From the IMG/VR virus record IMGVR_UViG_3300021400_000004: a stretch of 64,000 nucleotides of DNA; one strand, written 5' to 3'. A model generated the notes under the pieces. It ran no database searches, was not told the DNA's origin, and worked only from the letters and a program-made list of their open reading frames with translations. The DNA is from an uncultured virus (IMG/VR IMGVR_UViG_3300021400_000004) (lineage: Duplodnaviria > Heunggongvirae > Uroviricota > Caudoviricetes). Below, in pieces: positions 37,242 to 47,957 of this stretch; position 1 is the first letter of the stretch; every line of letters starts with the position of its first letter. A program made the position numbers and the translations under genes.

Positions 37242-38720
37242 GTGAAATACAATATGTATTATTCTTTAGCGCCATCTATAAAAGGAAAAAGAGGAGAACC
37301 TATTAAAAGAGGAGATCACTATGACGTTACCCGATATTTAAGCATTATTCATGATGATATACGCAAAAAATATCTTTTAAGAAATGGAGAACCAGCAAAT
37401 ACTCAAAAAGCTTATAATATTGAATATGCTTTAAATATGATTTATAATCCTCCGGAGTTAAATAAAAAAAATGCCATAGATTTAATGATTAGAAATCAAA
37501 TTATCGAACAGTATATTCCAAAAGAAGTACAAGAAAAAATTGCAACTTTTAAAACTCGTTATCAAGATATAATAAAAAATAATGAAAATTATTCTACAAA
37601 ATTAGGCAAAGCTCTCGAAGAAGATTTAAGTTCTTTTACAGATTCTATTTTTTCAGGAAAATCTCTTCGTGGTTCAGATAAAATTTTTGGTCCTGAACAA
37701 GCAAATATATGGCTTGGGAAATTAAAAAAAGAATATAAAATATTACAAGATTATATTGCTTATAGAGTAGGACATATAATAGCTGGTAGTAGTGATATAA
37801 AAAAGAATCATTCACCAAGTGATGAAATTAGAAAATATGCTAGTTATGAATTAGGTCTTGAGATAAAAGGAGCAAAGTATATATCAGGAGACAAACAAGA
37901 ATTAATAGATTATAGACAAGGAATTTCTGATTATATGAAAAATTTTTTTAAGGATTTTCCTATCTCTGGAAAAGAAAAAGAAGAATTTTTATTATTGCTA
38001 TCTACTGCTCCAGGTAAAATGACAATAAATGATAGCGCACAAGGAAAAATAGATTTATCAGTGGATAACAATAGCTTAAATATATTAGGTAGTTTTGATA
38101 TAACAGCGCAAGCAAGCTCTCGTTTATTAAAAGGACTTCAAGCTATGCAAGGTGCAAATTTTTCTTTAAAAGTAACAAACAAAATAAAATCTGTAAAGTT
38201 AGGTAATACTAATTTTATGAGAGTATATTTTGATTTTTTACCAACCTTCAGAAGTCATGGAGGATCTGAGAGTCTTGTTTCTGGATATAGCCATTTATTA
38301 TATTTAATGAGAAAAAGTGTTCGTAGTCCTGGGCAAATAAGTAAAAATAGATGGTATTATAATCAATATGGAGGAAAAAATGAAACCGTTAAAGAAAGAT
38401 GGGACATTATAAGAGAAAAAGTATATTATATAAGATTGATGTATGAATTAACAGGTTCTGGTCAGATATATAGTTCAGGTCCTTTTACAGGACTTAAAAA
38501 ATCAAATGATTATTTAATTTATACGTCTTTTAATTGGGATAAAAAGAATAAAAAAACATCAATTACAAGCACTAATATAAAAGTGCGTTCTGCTTCCCAA
38601 ATCTTATTTAAAATGATGCAATATGCAAATCAAAGAGCGCAAGGAGATAAAGGATTTCAAGAAGTTGGACAAAATCCTTTTGTAGATCCTATTGAGGTTG
38701 ATCCAAGCGCTTTCTTTTGA
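37242..38720 (+). CDS. Hypothetical 492-aa protein
   Basis: Long ORF, no recognisable motif. Confidence 0.6.
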   Translation: MKYNMYYSLAPSIKGKRGEPIKRGDHYDVTRYLSIIHDDIRKKYLLRNGEPANTQKAYNIEYALNMIYNPPELNKKNAIDLMIRNQIIEQYIPKEVQEKIATFKTRYQDIIKNNENYSTKLGKALEEDLSSFTDSIFSGKSLRGSDKIFGPEQANIWLGKLKKEYKILQDYIAYRVGHIIAGSSDIKKNHSPSDEIRKYASYELGLEIKGAKYISGDKQELIDYRQGISDYMKNFFKDFPISGKEKEEFLLLLSTAPGKMTINDSAQGKIDLSVDNNSLNILGSFDITAQASSRLLKGLQAMQGANFSLKVTNKIKSVKLGNTNFMRVYFDFLPTFRSHGGSESLVSGYSHLLYLMRKSVRSPGQISKNRWYYNQYGGKNETVKERWDIIREKVYYIRLMYELTGSGQIYSSGPFTGLKKSNDYLIYTSFNWDKKNKKTSITSTNIKVRSASQILFKMMQYANQRAQGDKGFQEVGQNPFVDPIEVDPSAFF

Positions 38721-38745
38721 CATTTTTAAAATTTTTTGTTATAAT
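38717..38745 (+). promoter_or_regulatory. sigmaA-type promoter
   Basis: TTGACA-N17-TATAAT, TG-extended. Confidence 0.75.
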
Positions 38746-38774
38746 ATAAAAAAGAGAAAAAAGGAGAATAGACA

Positions 38775-39356
38775 ATGAAATTTGAAGATTTACAATTAAA
38801 AGATTTTCAAAAGGAAGAACCAATGTTTAAAACAATTTCTTTTAAAATTGGAGAAGTAGAAAAAGAAGTTAAGGTTAAACAATATCTTCCAGTTAGCGAT
38901 AAAATTGATTTAGTTCAAATTGCTCTTCAGCAATCGCAAGAAGATGGAGTCTACAATGAAATTCTTTTAGATATGTATTTTAATCTTTATCTCGCAGTTT
39001 TTTATACTGATATAGAATTTGATAAAGAAAAATTCCAAGAAAATACAATGGAAATTTATGATGATTTAAAATCATGTGGCTTATTAGATACAATTATATC
39101 TGCTATGCCTGAAGAAGAATATCGTGATTTATTTGATTTTTTAACAGCTCAAAGAAAAGCTTATTTAGATTATAAAACTACAGCTGCTTATATACTTACA
39201 GATTTCTTTGAAAATTTACCTATGCAGATGGAACAAGTTTCAGAAATTTTAAATAATTTTGATCCAAATAAATTTCAAGCCGTTAAGAATTTTGCAGAAG
39301 CTGCAAATGGAAATAGAGATATTCAAACTAATCAACCTATCAAGACAGTAAAATAG
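38775..39356 (+). CDS. Putative tail assembly chaperone
   Basis: Acidic 193 aa immediately before the tape measure gene. Confidence 0.5.
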   Translation: MKFEDLQLKDFQKEEPMFKTISFKIGEVEKEVKVKQYLPVSDKIDLVQIALQQSQEDGVYNEILLDMYFNLYLAVFYTDIEFDKEKFQENTMEIYDDLKSCGLLDTIISAMPEEEYRDLFDFLTAQRKAYLDYKTTAAYILTDFFENLPMQMEQVSEILNNFDPNKFQAVKNFAEAANGNRDIQTNQPIKTVK

Positions 39357-39466
39357 GTCAATTTTAATTAATTATAATGCTCTTATTATTATAAATAATA
39401 AGAGCATTTTTTTATTTTGCGCAAAATAAAAAATCGAAAAATTTGGAATCAAGGAGGAATAAGGAT

Positions 39467-42400
39467 ATGGCTCAGACAATAAATGCCGGTAAAATTCAAT
39501 ATGGACTTGGCTTTACTGTTGATTCATCTAGTCTTAATAAATTACAAAATGAGCTTCAAAAAATAAGAAATTTAGGTCGAGCTGAAATAATGGACTTAAA
39601 CCCTAATTTAGACAAAAATCAAGCTCAAAGCGTAATGCAATCTTTAAGACATGATATTGATAATATAAATAAAGCTTTTAGTAACGCTTTTAATTCAACC
39701 ACTGGAATTACAAATGTAACGAAATTAAATCAAGCTTTTAAAAATATGGATTTAGCTAAAATCAGAAATGATTTTGCTGCAATTGGAACTCAAGGTACAC
39801 AAGCTTTTACTCAAATTACCGCTCAAGCAATGTCCACATCTTTTAAATTAAAAGAAACTAATAATTTCTTACAAGAGATGGGAAAAACTTTTATGAATAC
39901 AATTAGATGGAAAATATCATCTACTGTAGTCAATGGGTTTGCAAGTAGTGTACAAAGGGCTTATGGATATGTAAAACATTTAGATAGTTCTTTAAATGAT
40001 ATTCGTATAGTTACAAATAAATCTGCTGATGAAATGGAGCGTTTTGCGCGAAGTGCAAACAAAGCTGCAAAGGAACTAGGTGCTTCTACTACAGATTATA
40101 CTGAAGCAGCTTTAATTTACTATCAGCAAGGTCTTAGTGATGAAGATGTTAAAGCTCGTGCAGAAACAACTCTTAAAACTGCAAATGTTACTGGTCAATC
40201 AGGACGAGCAGTATCTGAGGAGTTAACCGCAGTTTGGAATGGTTATAGAATAACTGCTGAAGAAACTGAAGCTGCTGTTGATAAATTAGCTGCGGTTGCT
40301 GCAACCACAGCATCAGACTTGCAAGAATTATCAACAGGTATGAGTAAAGTTGCCTCTGCTGCAAGTAATATGGGCGTTGATATGGATCAATTAAACGCTC
40401 AGATAGCTACAATTATTTCTGTTACTCGTCAAGCACCAGAGTCAGTTGGTACTGCATTGAAGACAATTTATGCTCGTATGGCAGATTTAAAACTTGGTGA
40501 AACTGATGAAGATGGTTTAAAACTTGGTGATGTATCAGGTACTCTTGATAAAGTTGGTATTTCTGTTTTAGATACTAATGGTGATTTAAGAGAAATGGGT
40601 GATGTCATTGAAGAGGTTGCTGCAAAATGGGATACTTGGACTAAGGCTCAACAAGCGGCAATCGCGCAATCTTTAGCCGGTAAACGCCAGTATAATAACC
40701 TTGTTGCTTTATTTGATAACTGGGATATATATACTTCCGCTCTTGAGACTTCTAAAAACTCAGTTGGTACTTTGCAACATCAACAAGATATATATATGGA
40801 ATCTACAGAAGCTCATTTGCAGCAATTATCTACTCAATGGGAAGATCTTTATGATTCTATATTAGATACAAAAACACTTAATTCATTAATTGATTTTTTA
40901 AAAGGTATAGTATCACTTTTTACTACTATTGCAGATTCTGTTGGTGGCATGAAGGGTGTTTTTCTTGGACTTGGAACTTTAGTAACGACATTATTCAATA
41001 AACAAATTTCAGACGCTCTTTCAGGTTTTATTATAAAATTACAAAATGCACGTTTTAATGCACAACAAGTGAGAGCTGATCTTGAATTAACTAGAGAATA
41101 TACTGCTAAGTTAGGCGGAAGTCAGCAGGCTATTGATGATATTCTTGATTTAAAACGTTTTACTCAAGATTATTATAAAGTTATGTCTGACGAAGAAAAA
41201 CAATATTATGCTGATTTAGTTAAAAGAGCTGCTGAGTATAGAGTTATAAAAGAACAAATAGATAATGAAGCACAAGCTTATGAAAAAATGATGAAAGCTC
41301 GTGCTCAAGCTCAAAGTAGTTATAATGGTGGGCAAGGAATAACAAATAGTAAACAATCTGAAAGACGAGATCAAGTCTTAAAGATGAATGTGAATGATCC
41401 TTCATCAATTAATCAGCAAGCTATTGAAAGTGTTTTAAAAGAAGGAAATAGACAGGCTGATAAAACAACTTCAGAATTTGGTCAAGTTGAAAAGCAGTAT
41501 GAAAAAAGAAAGAATGAAGTTGAAGAATATCAAGAAGTATTAGATAAAACTTTAAAGAAGCATGAAGAGTTCAGAGACACTGAACTAAATATGATTAATG
41601 CTAATAATTTAGATATAGAAACTCAACAACGTCTGTGGAAAGCTTATAAAGCTACAAAAGATCAACTTGAAAAATTAATTCAAGCTAATCAAGATTATGA
41701 AAAAAAAGCTCATCAAAAATATTTATTAGTTAATTATGATGCTATACAGGAAGAACATAATGCGAAGAGTTGGGAGTGGAGAGAAAAAAAAGAACAATAT
41801 CGTAATGGACAACTTTCGCAAGAAGAATTAGATGCTTATACTAATAATGAATATTTACCAATTCATAACAGAGCTGTTGAAGCTTACAATCTGAAAAACT
41901 CTTTTGCCGATCAAGGAGAGATAGATGCTTTTATAGCTAGTGTAAATGAGGCTGAAAAAAGTTTAAGTTCTTATAAAGGTAATGTTACAAAAGCTTTTGA
42001 TAATGAGAAACAAACTATAAAAGAAGTTGCTGATGAAATTAAAGATCAAAATAAAGATCTTGAAAATTTTGGTGAAACAGTAGGACAAAAAGTTGATGAA
42101 GCAAATAAAAATTATGAAGATTTAGCTGAAACTATTAAAGGTAATGAACAAGATCTAGATACAAGAGATTTTACACAAAAACTTACTGAATTAGCTAGTG
42201 GTTTTTCTTCTGTAATGTTTAGTATTCAAGGAGCAGAAGCTGCTGGAAAATCATTTGCCGATGGAGATCTTAAAGCTAGTTTAATATCATTAGCAACAAC
42301 AGTAATTCCTATGGTAGCTAGATCTATAGTAGGCATGGTAACAGCTATAAAGACAGGTGAAAAAGGTTCTGCAATTTTACAAGGTATAGCAGCTGCATTT

Positions 42401-45400
42401 CAAGTAGTTTCTCTTGTTGGAGAATTTTTTACTGCGGAAAGACAAAAAGATTCTCAGATAAGATTAGAAGCTTTACAAAAAGAACAAGAAAAACAAGAAG
42501 AAAAAATTCAAAAAGATAAAGAAGAAATTGAAAGTATTGATAAATTAAATCAAGCTTATCAAAATATATATAATCAAAGAGATTCAAGTGGGAAATTATC
42601 TGAAGAACAAAAGAGTCAAATAGAAGATCTTATAAAACAATATGATGATGAACATTTAAGACTATTATCATTAATTGAAGATTATCAAGGACTTGAAAAA
42701 GCTATAAGAGATAAACAAAAAGCTGAAAGAGATGAATATGCAGAAGATAATAAAACATCTGTAGATACTTCTTTAGCGGTTATTTCAGAAAATCTTTCTA
42801 ACGCAGCTGATCTTGGAGAAGAATTTTTCGATGATTTAGGTATATCAACAAATGATTATACAGAATTTTTAAAGTTTGCGGGAAGAGAACTTGGAATTGG
42901 TGATCCAGATGGTTTCTTTGCTCAAATACCTTCTTTAGATGAATTAGAAGAATATTTATTAAATCCTGAAAATCTTCAACGATCTATAGCCTTTTTAGGT
43001 AAGGTCGCAGCAGATGATACTTATTCCGCCGTAAAAGATCAATTCCAAAAAATTAGTCAAGTAATTACTGAAAATGCAAAAAATTATGATGTCAATAAAA
43101 TCCTTGATAATGTTAATTTTGAAGATATTAATACCGTAGAAGATATTACAAAAGCCATAGATGAAGCAAGTAATCTTGTAGGCACAAATGGTAAAATAAT
43201 TGGAGAAGAGTTAGCAGAAGAAGTTATTTTTGGTTTTTCTGATAAAATGAAAGAGTTAGGAGAACAAAAAACTATTCAAGATGAAATTTTTGAAGTAGTA
43301 ACTCCTAGTGAAGATAATTTAAACTTCTTTAATAATTTAACAGAAGATCAAAAAATGTTCTTATATGGGAATAAAGAACTTGCAGCAGATGAAAAAAATC
43401 TTGAAGAATTTTTTGAAAAATATGAAACTACTTATAATAGAGTTGAAAATGAAAAAAATAAAAGAGCAGTAGAAGATTTATTTGAACATATAAAAACTAC
43501 TAAAAAAGGTGAAGCAAGTTTTAAACTTAATACCAAAGAGGGAAAAGAACTTGTTTCAGCTTTATATAGGTCAGAAGATTTTGAAAATTTTTCAGGATAT
43601 AATCAAGAAGATTTTTTGAATTTAGATTTTAGTTTACAACAACAAGCTTTATCGGAATTTTATAATAGTCTTTATGAAGAGGAAGAAAATTTTAGAGCTT
43701 TTCAACAAGAAAAAACTAGAGAAGACGTTGAAACAGATAAAGATGCTATTAAAAGTAAGCAAGAAGCCTTTAATCAATATGTAACTGATTTTGAAGCTAA
43801 ATATCAAAAATTATATGGTCTTTCTCAAGAACAAGTAGAAGATATAATGAAGAATATGGGCGAAATTTCTACTGATGAACTTGATAAAATGCCTTTTACA
43901 GACCCTCATATATCTAAAATGATAGCTGATTATCAACAAGGGGTAGAAGATTTAGGTCTTAAAATGATACCTGTAAATAAACAAAATGAAATTTTTGATA
44001 ATGAACTTAATTCTCTTGACAAAATATTAGAGAATACAGAAGATGCATTATATGATTTTTCTGCTCAAGTAGCATCGTATAAAGGTACTATGCATGAAAT
44101 AAATGGTGAGATAGATGATCTTCAATCTTCTTATCAGACATTGACTGATGTAGTAAATGATTATAATGATGATCAAAAATTAACTTTAGATAATCTTCAA
44201 AAAGTTCTTGAAATGGATACTGCTTATTTAGCTACTTTAGAGTTTGAAAATGGACAATTAAAAATTAATAATAATTCTTATCAAGCCATGATTCAAGCTA
44301 AAATTAAAGAAGCTCAAATGACAGCTACTCAGACTTTCTTAACAGAATTATTAGCTATTAAGAATGGCGAGGCTGGTGAAGCAGGAATAGTAATGGCGGA
44401 GCGAACCTATGCAGAGGCAGCAGCTTTAGAGACTATGGCAGGCGCCGCCCAAAAAGGTATTGCTTCATTAATGGCTTTAAAAGAAGTTCAAGATGCAAGC
44501 GCAGTTGATGCTACTGCTACCGAAAATGCAGTAAAAGCTTACTATGCTAAAATGCAATTAATTGGGAATGTTGCTTCACAGAGTGTTGAATCAGGACTAT
44601 TAGATAAAACAAGCAAAAAACAACAAAAGCATGAAAAACATTTAGAGTATGAAGTTGATTTATATAGAGAAGTTAATCAAGAACTTGAAGATATTGAAAG
44701 TCAGCTTAAAAGAATAGAAGAGGTTGAAAGCCATAGTTGGGGAGTAAGCGCACTCGATGCAATTCAAAAAGAAAATGAACTTCTTGATAAACAACTTGAA
44801 AAGCTTCAAAAGAAAAAATCTATTCAAGAAGGAGACCTTTCAGCTCGTAGAAAACAGCTTGAAGATGTAGGTATTGCTTTTGCGGAAGACGGCTCTCCAA
44901 TGATGAATACTGAAGCAGTTATTAATAGCTACTATGATGCTTATAACCAAATGGTTGATAAATATAATGCCATGACTCCTGAAGCTCAAGATGATTATAA
45001 ACTTACTCTTGAGGCAGAAGAAGATAAGGTTAAGAAGATTGAAAAAGCTGTCGATGACTATGAAAAACTTTATTCAGATTATCAGTCTATCATTGATGAA
45101 ATTCAAGAAAACTATTTTAAGCAAATTGAAAAAGAAGTTGATGAATTTAATTTTGAAGTTGATTTACATCTTGAATTAAGTGATGCTCGAAAAGAATGGA
45201 AAGACTTTTGGCATGATGTAGTACAAGATATTGAAAGTGATGATTTTGGTGGACAAATTGCAAAGAGTTTATCAAAACTGGGAACATTGATCGGAACCGC
45301 TGGTAATAATGCTGCTAGCGATATTTCAGTTTTGACGAATCATTTAAATGACACTATCAATGAAGTTACTACTCAAATTGGTTCTCATGGTCTTGAAGGT

Positions 45401-47845
45401 TTATTTGGTACTGATACAGCTTTATCAAAAGAAAATCTTAAAAATTATAGAGATCAACTTATGGAAGCGCTTAAAAGTGCAAAAGAAGAAATTGAGAGTA
45501 TTTCTGATAATTACCTTAAAATGCTTGATAGTGCAAAAGATCTTATAAAAGAGCAAGTTGATGATTGGAATACTATTGGAGATCAAATCGCGCATAATAT
45601 TGAGTTAATTAAGTTACTTGATGGCGATACTGCTTATAATCCACTTAATACTCAATATGAACAACAATATCAAAATAATTTGAATTTACTTCAAGTTCAA
45701 AAAGTTGCTCAAGATAATTTCGCTAATGATATTAAACATTATAAAGAGTTAATGGATTCTGTTGAACAAGGTAGTCAACAATGGAAGACTTATGAAGAAG
45801 CTTATAATAAATCAGTTACTAATTATAAAGAAGCTGTTAAAGATTTAGATAGCACAGTTGAAAAATCTATTAAAGATATTCAAACTTGGAGAAAAAATAA
45901 TGTTGATTCTATTATTGATACTCTTGATAAGGCTATGAGCGGCGGACTTGGTACAGATTTACTTGAGAAAGAATGGAAACTCATTAATGATTATGCAGAT
46001 AAGTATTATGACAATGTTGAACGTGCTTACAATATGGAAGATTATACTAATCTGTTAAATGATGCGGCAAACGCAACAGGCTTAACAGCTGCAAATCAAG
46101 CTAAATTAAATGCTTTTAGAGACAAAGAGCTTAAGCAACTTAATGAGAAAGAAAAACTTACTCAATATGATATAGATGAATCAAAAGCAAGATTAGAGAT
46201 TCTTAAACAAGAAATTGCTCTTCAAGATGCTCAGCGTAATAAGAGTAATATGCGTTTAAGAAGAGATAATCAAGGTAATTATGTATATCAATATACGGGT
46301 GATGAAGAAGCTATTGATCAAGCTGAAAATGGAGTTTTAACAGCAAAGAAAGCATGGTATGATTTAGTTAAGAAAAGATATAAAGAAACTTCTGAATATA
46401 TTATGCAACTTGAAAAAGAAAATGTTGATTTTCATAAGCAACTTGCGGACGCTATGGCTGCGGGAGATGAGGTCCGCGCAAATAAAATCCGTGAAATGCT
46501 TGCAAGAAATCAAGAACAAATTAATTTTGCATATGAGCAAGCTGAAAAGAATAAACGAGATTTATTTGATGGAACTGCTCAATATTTTGCAAATGTTGAA
46601 AATGCCAATATTCTTCCTCAATCAGAAGCTACTGTTAGAACTTTAGTAGATCAATGGGCGGGAAGCGGTAAAGATAGTTTTATTACTGCTATAAAGACAG
46701 CATTTAGTGATTTAGAATCTACTCAAGAAGAATATAATATTAAGACTCAACAAGTACTTCAAACTGCAGGAGTTTACTATGAAAGATTAAGAGATAATGG
46801 CATTGATCCTGTAAAAGACTCTTTAGAAGATTTAATGGATACTAATGAAGATTTTGGAAATCAATTAGATGATATTAATGATAAATTAAGAGAAGAGGAA
46901 GATGTTCTTAGAGATGTTGAAAATGCTTATAATAGCTTAAAAGATAGTGCGGTTTCCGCAATTCAAGAAGCTAATAGTGCATTAGAGACGTTAGCTCGTA
47001 CTCATATGCAGATGCAAAATTATGCTAATAATATCCCTGCCGTGGGTAATCGGCCAGCAATCACTGGTACTAGTACAAGTGAAAAGAGTAATAGTGGAGG
47101 AGGCGGAAGTTCTTATCTTGGAGAGACAGACCCTGAAAAACTTTTTGCAGGATATAATCCAAATAAGACTAATAAAAATACTGGTCAAATTAATATGGTA
47201 TTAATGTATGATATAGATCCAAAATCAGGAAGAATTATTCCTTATTCAGGTGGCAATCAACAAAACACAGCCGTTCTTCGAGAGGGAGCCAAATTAGGAT
47301 ATTTACATCAAAACGGACCTATTTTTACAATAAATCCAACTCAGGCAACCATTGATTGGCTTCAAAGTCAAAAGTTATTATTCTTAAGAAACTTTCAAAG
47401 AGGTTCAACAGGATATGTCATGAATACTCTTCTAAAGTTTAAATCAGGTGGATATACTGGTGATTGGTCAGGTCCAGGTGTAGATGGCGTCGGCGGTCGC
47501 GCTGCAATCCTTCACCAAAAAGAACTTGTTTTAAATGAGCAAGATACTTCTAATATGTTAAAAGCTGTTTCCGCATTAAGAGGTTTAAGTTTAAGTAATA
47601 TTGCTAATTCAATACTTGCCGCAACTCAAATCTCAGCTGGACTTATTTCTCAGATTAGTGGTTTAGGATTATCTTCTATTGCGGGAAGTACTTCTACAAC
47701 TGAAAATTATAGAAATATGACTGTTAATGCAGACTTTAGTGGAGTAAGAAGTGCAGATCAAATTTATCAAGCTATTATGGAACTTGAAAATTATGGTTTA
47801 CAAAATTCTTATTCTTCTTCTCCTCTTGCAAATAGAAGTTATTAA
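39467..47845 (+). CDS. Tail tape measure protein (~2792 aa)
   Basis: TP901-type core (AKELGASTTDY...VGTALKTIYAR...AGKRQYN), long helical body, C-terminal GGYTG...LHQKELVLN. Confidence 0.9.
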   Translation: MAQTINAGKIQYGLGFTVDSSSLNKLQNELQKIRNLGRAEIMDLNPNLDKNQAQSVMQSLRHDIDNINKAFSNAFNSTTGITNVTKLNQAFKNMDLAKIRNDFAAIGTQGTQAFTQITAQAMSTSFKLKETNNFLQEMGKTFMNTIRWKISSTVVNGFASSVQRAYGYVKHLDSSLNDIRIVTNKSADEMERFARSANKAAKELGASTTDYTEAALIYYQQGLSDEDVKARAETTLKTANVTGQSGRAVSEELTAVWNGYRITAEETEAAVDKLAAVAATTASDLQELSTGMSKVASAASNMGVDMDQLNAQIATIISVTRQAPESVGTALKTIYARMADLKLGETDEDGLKLGDVSGTLDKVGISVLDTNGDLREMGDVIEEVAAKWDTWTKAQQAAIAQSLAGKRQYNNLVALFDNWDIYTSALETSKNSVGTLQHQQDIYMESTEAHLQQLSTQWEDLYDSILDTKTLNSLIDFLKGIVSLFTTIADSVGGMKGVFLGLGTLVTTLFNKQISDALSGFIIKLQNARFNAQQVRADLELTREYTAKLGGSQQAIDDILDLKRFTQDYYKVMSDEEKQYYADLVKRAAEYRVIKEQIDNEAQAYEKMMKARAQAQSSYNGGQGITNSKQSERRDQVLKMNVNDPSSINQQAIESVLKEGNRQADKTTSEFGQVEKQYEKRKNEVEEYQEVLDKTLKKHEEFRDTELNMINANNLDIETQQRLWKAYKATKDQLEKLIQANQDYEKKAHQKYLLVNYDAIQEEHNAKSWEWREKKEQYRNGQLSQEELDAYTNNEYLPIHNRAVEAYNLKNSFADQGEIDAFIASVNEAEKSLSSYKGNVTKAFDNEKQTIKEVADEIKDQNKDLENFGETVGQKVDEANKNYEDLAETIKGNEQDLDTRDFTQKLTELASGFSSVMFSIQGAEAAGKSFADGDLKASLISLATTVIPMVARSIVGMVTAIKTGEKGSAILQGIAAAFQVVSLVGEFFTAERQKDSQIRLEALQKEQEKQEEKIQKDKEEIESIDKLNQAYQNIYNQRDSSGKLSEEQKSQIEDLIKQYDDEHLRLLSLIEDYQGLEKAIRDKQKAERDEYAEDNKTSVDTSLAVISENLSNAADLGEEFFDDLGISTNDYTEFLKFAGRELGIGDPDGFFAQIPSLDELEEYLLNPENLQRSIAFLGKVAADDTYSAVKDQFQKISQVITENAKNYDVNKILDNVNFEDINTVEDITKAIDEASNLVGTNGKIIGEELAEEVIFGFSDKMKELGEQKTIQDEIFEVVTPSEDNLNFFNNLTEDQKMFLYGNKELAADEKNLEEFFEKYETTYNRVENEKNKRAVEDLFEHIKTTKKGEASFKLNTKEGKELVSALYRSEDFENFSGYNQEDFLNLDFSLQQQALSEFYNSLYEEEENFRAFQQEKTREDVETDKDAIKSKQEAFNQYVTDFEAKYQKLYGLSQEQVEDIMKNMGEISTDELDKMPFTDPHISKMIADYQQGVEDLGLKMIPVNKQNEIFDNELNSLDKILENTEDALYDFSAQVASYKGTMHEINGEIDDLQSSYQTLTDVVNDYNDDQKLTLDNLQKVLEMDTAYLATLEFENGQLKINNNSYQAMIQAKIKEAQMTATQTFLTELLAIKNGEAGEAGIVMAERTYAEAAALETMAGAAQKGIASLMALKEVQDASAVDATATENAVKAYYAKMQLIGNVASQSVESGLLDKTSKKQQKHEKHLEYEVDLYREVNQELEDIESQLKRIEEVESHSWGVSALDAIQKENELLDKQLEKLQKKKSIQEGDLSARRKQLEDVGIAFAEDGSPMMNTEAVINSYYDAYNQMVDKYNAMTPEAQDDYKLTLEAEEDKVKKIEKAVDDYEKLYSDYQSIIDEIQENYFKQIEKEVDEFNFEVDLHLELSDARKEWKDFWHDVVQDIESDDFGGQIAKSLSKLGTLIGTAGNNAASDISVLTNHLNDTINEVTTQIGSHGLEGLFGTDTALSKENLKNYRDQLMEALKSAKEEIESISDNYLKMLDSAKDLIKEQVDDWNTIGDQIAHNIELIKLLDGDTAYNPLNTQYEQQYQNNLNLLQVQKVAQDNFANDIKHYKELMDSVEQGSQQWKTYEEAYNKSVTNYKEAVKDLDSTVEKSIKDIQTWRKNNVDSIIDTLDKAMSGGLGTDLLEKEWKLINDYADKYYDNVERAYNMEDYTNLLNDAANATGLTAANQAKLNAFRDKELKQLNEKEKLTQYDIDESKARLEILKQEIALQDAQRNKSNMRLRRDNQGNYVYQYTGDEEAIDQAENGVLTAKKAWYDLVKKRYKETSEYIMQLEKENVDFHKQLADAMAAGDEVRANKIREMLARNQEQINFAYEQAEKNKRDLFDGTAQYFANVENANILPQSEATVRTLVDQWAGSGKDSFITAIKTAFSDLESTQEEYNIKTQQVLQTAGVYYERLRDNGIDPVKDSLEDLMDTNEDFGNQLDDINDKLREEEDVLRDVENAYNSLKDSAVSAIQEANSALETLARTHMQMQNYANNIPAVGNRPAITGTSTSEKSNSGGGGSSYLGETDPEKLFAGYNPNKTNKNTGQINMVLMYDIDPKSGRIIPYSGGNQQNTAVLREGAKLGYLHQNGPIFTINPTQATIDWLQSQKLLFLRNFQRGSTGYVMNTLLKFKSGGYTGDWSGPGVDGVGGRAAILHQKELVLNEQDTSNMLKAVSALRGLSLSNIANSILAATQISAGLISQISGLGLSSIAGSTSTTENYRNMTVNADFSGVRSADQIYQAIMELENYGLQNSYSSSPLANRSY

Positions 47846-47851
47846 AAATAT

Positions 47852-47885
47852 GGGAGCTACTTTTAGTAGCTCCCTATATTTTTTT
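47852..47885 (+). terminator. Intrinsic terminator
   Basis: GGGAGCTACT/AGTAGCTCCC plus T-run. Confidence 0.7.
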
Positions 47886-47957
47886 GGTCAATTTTAATTA
47901 AATATAAATGCAAGTTTTTTATATATTTTATAAAGAGAAACAAGGAGGTTTGCTAAA

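Noticed and set aside
37318..37335. Possible fourth copy of the dispersed 44-bp site midway between copies 2 and 3
   Set aside because: Only ATGACG matches and the arms are absent; too weak.
38775..39466. Programmed -1 frameshift in the tail chaperone
   Set aside because: There is no downstream overlapping frame; only ~110 nt with a hairpin and promoter motif precede the tape measure gene.
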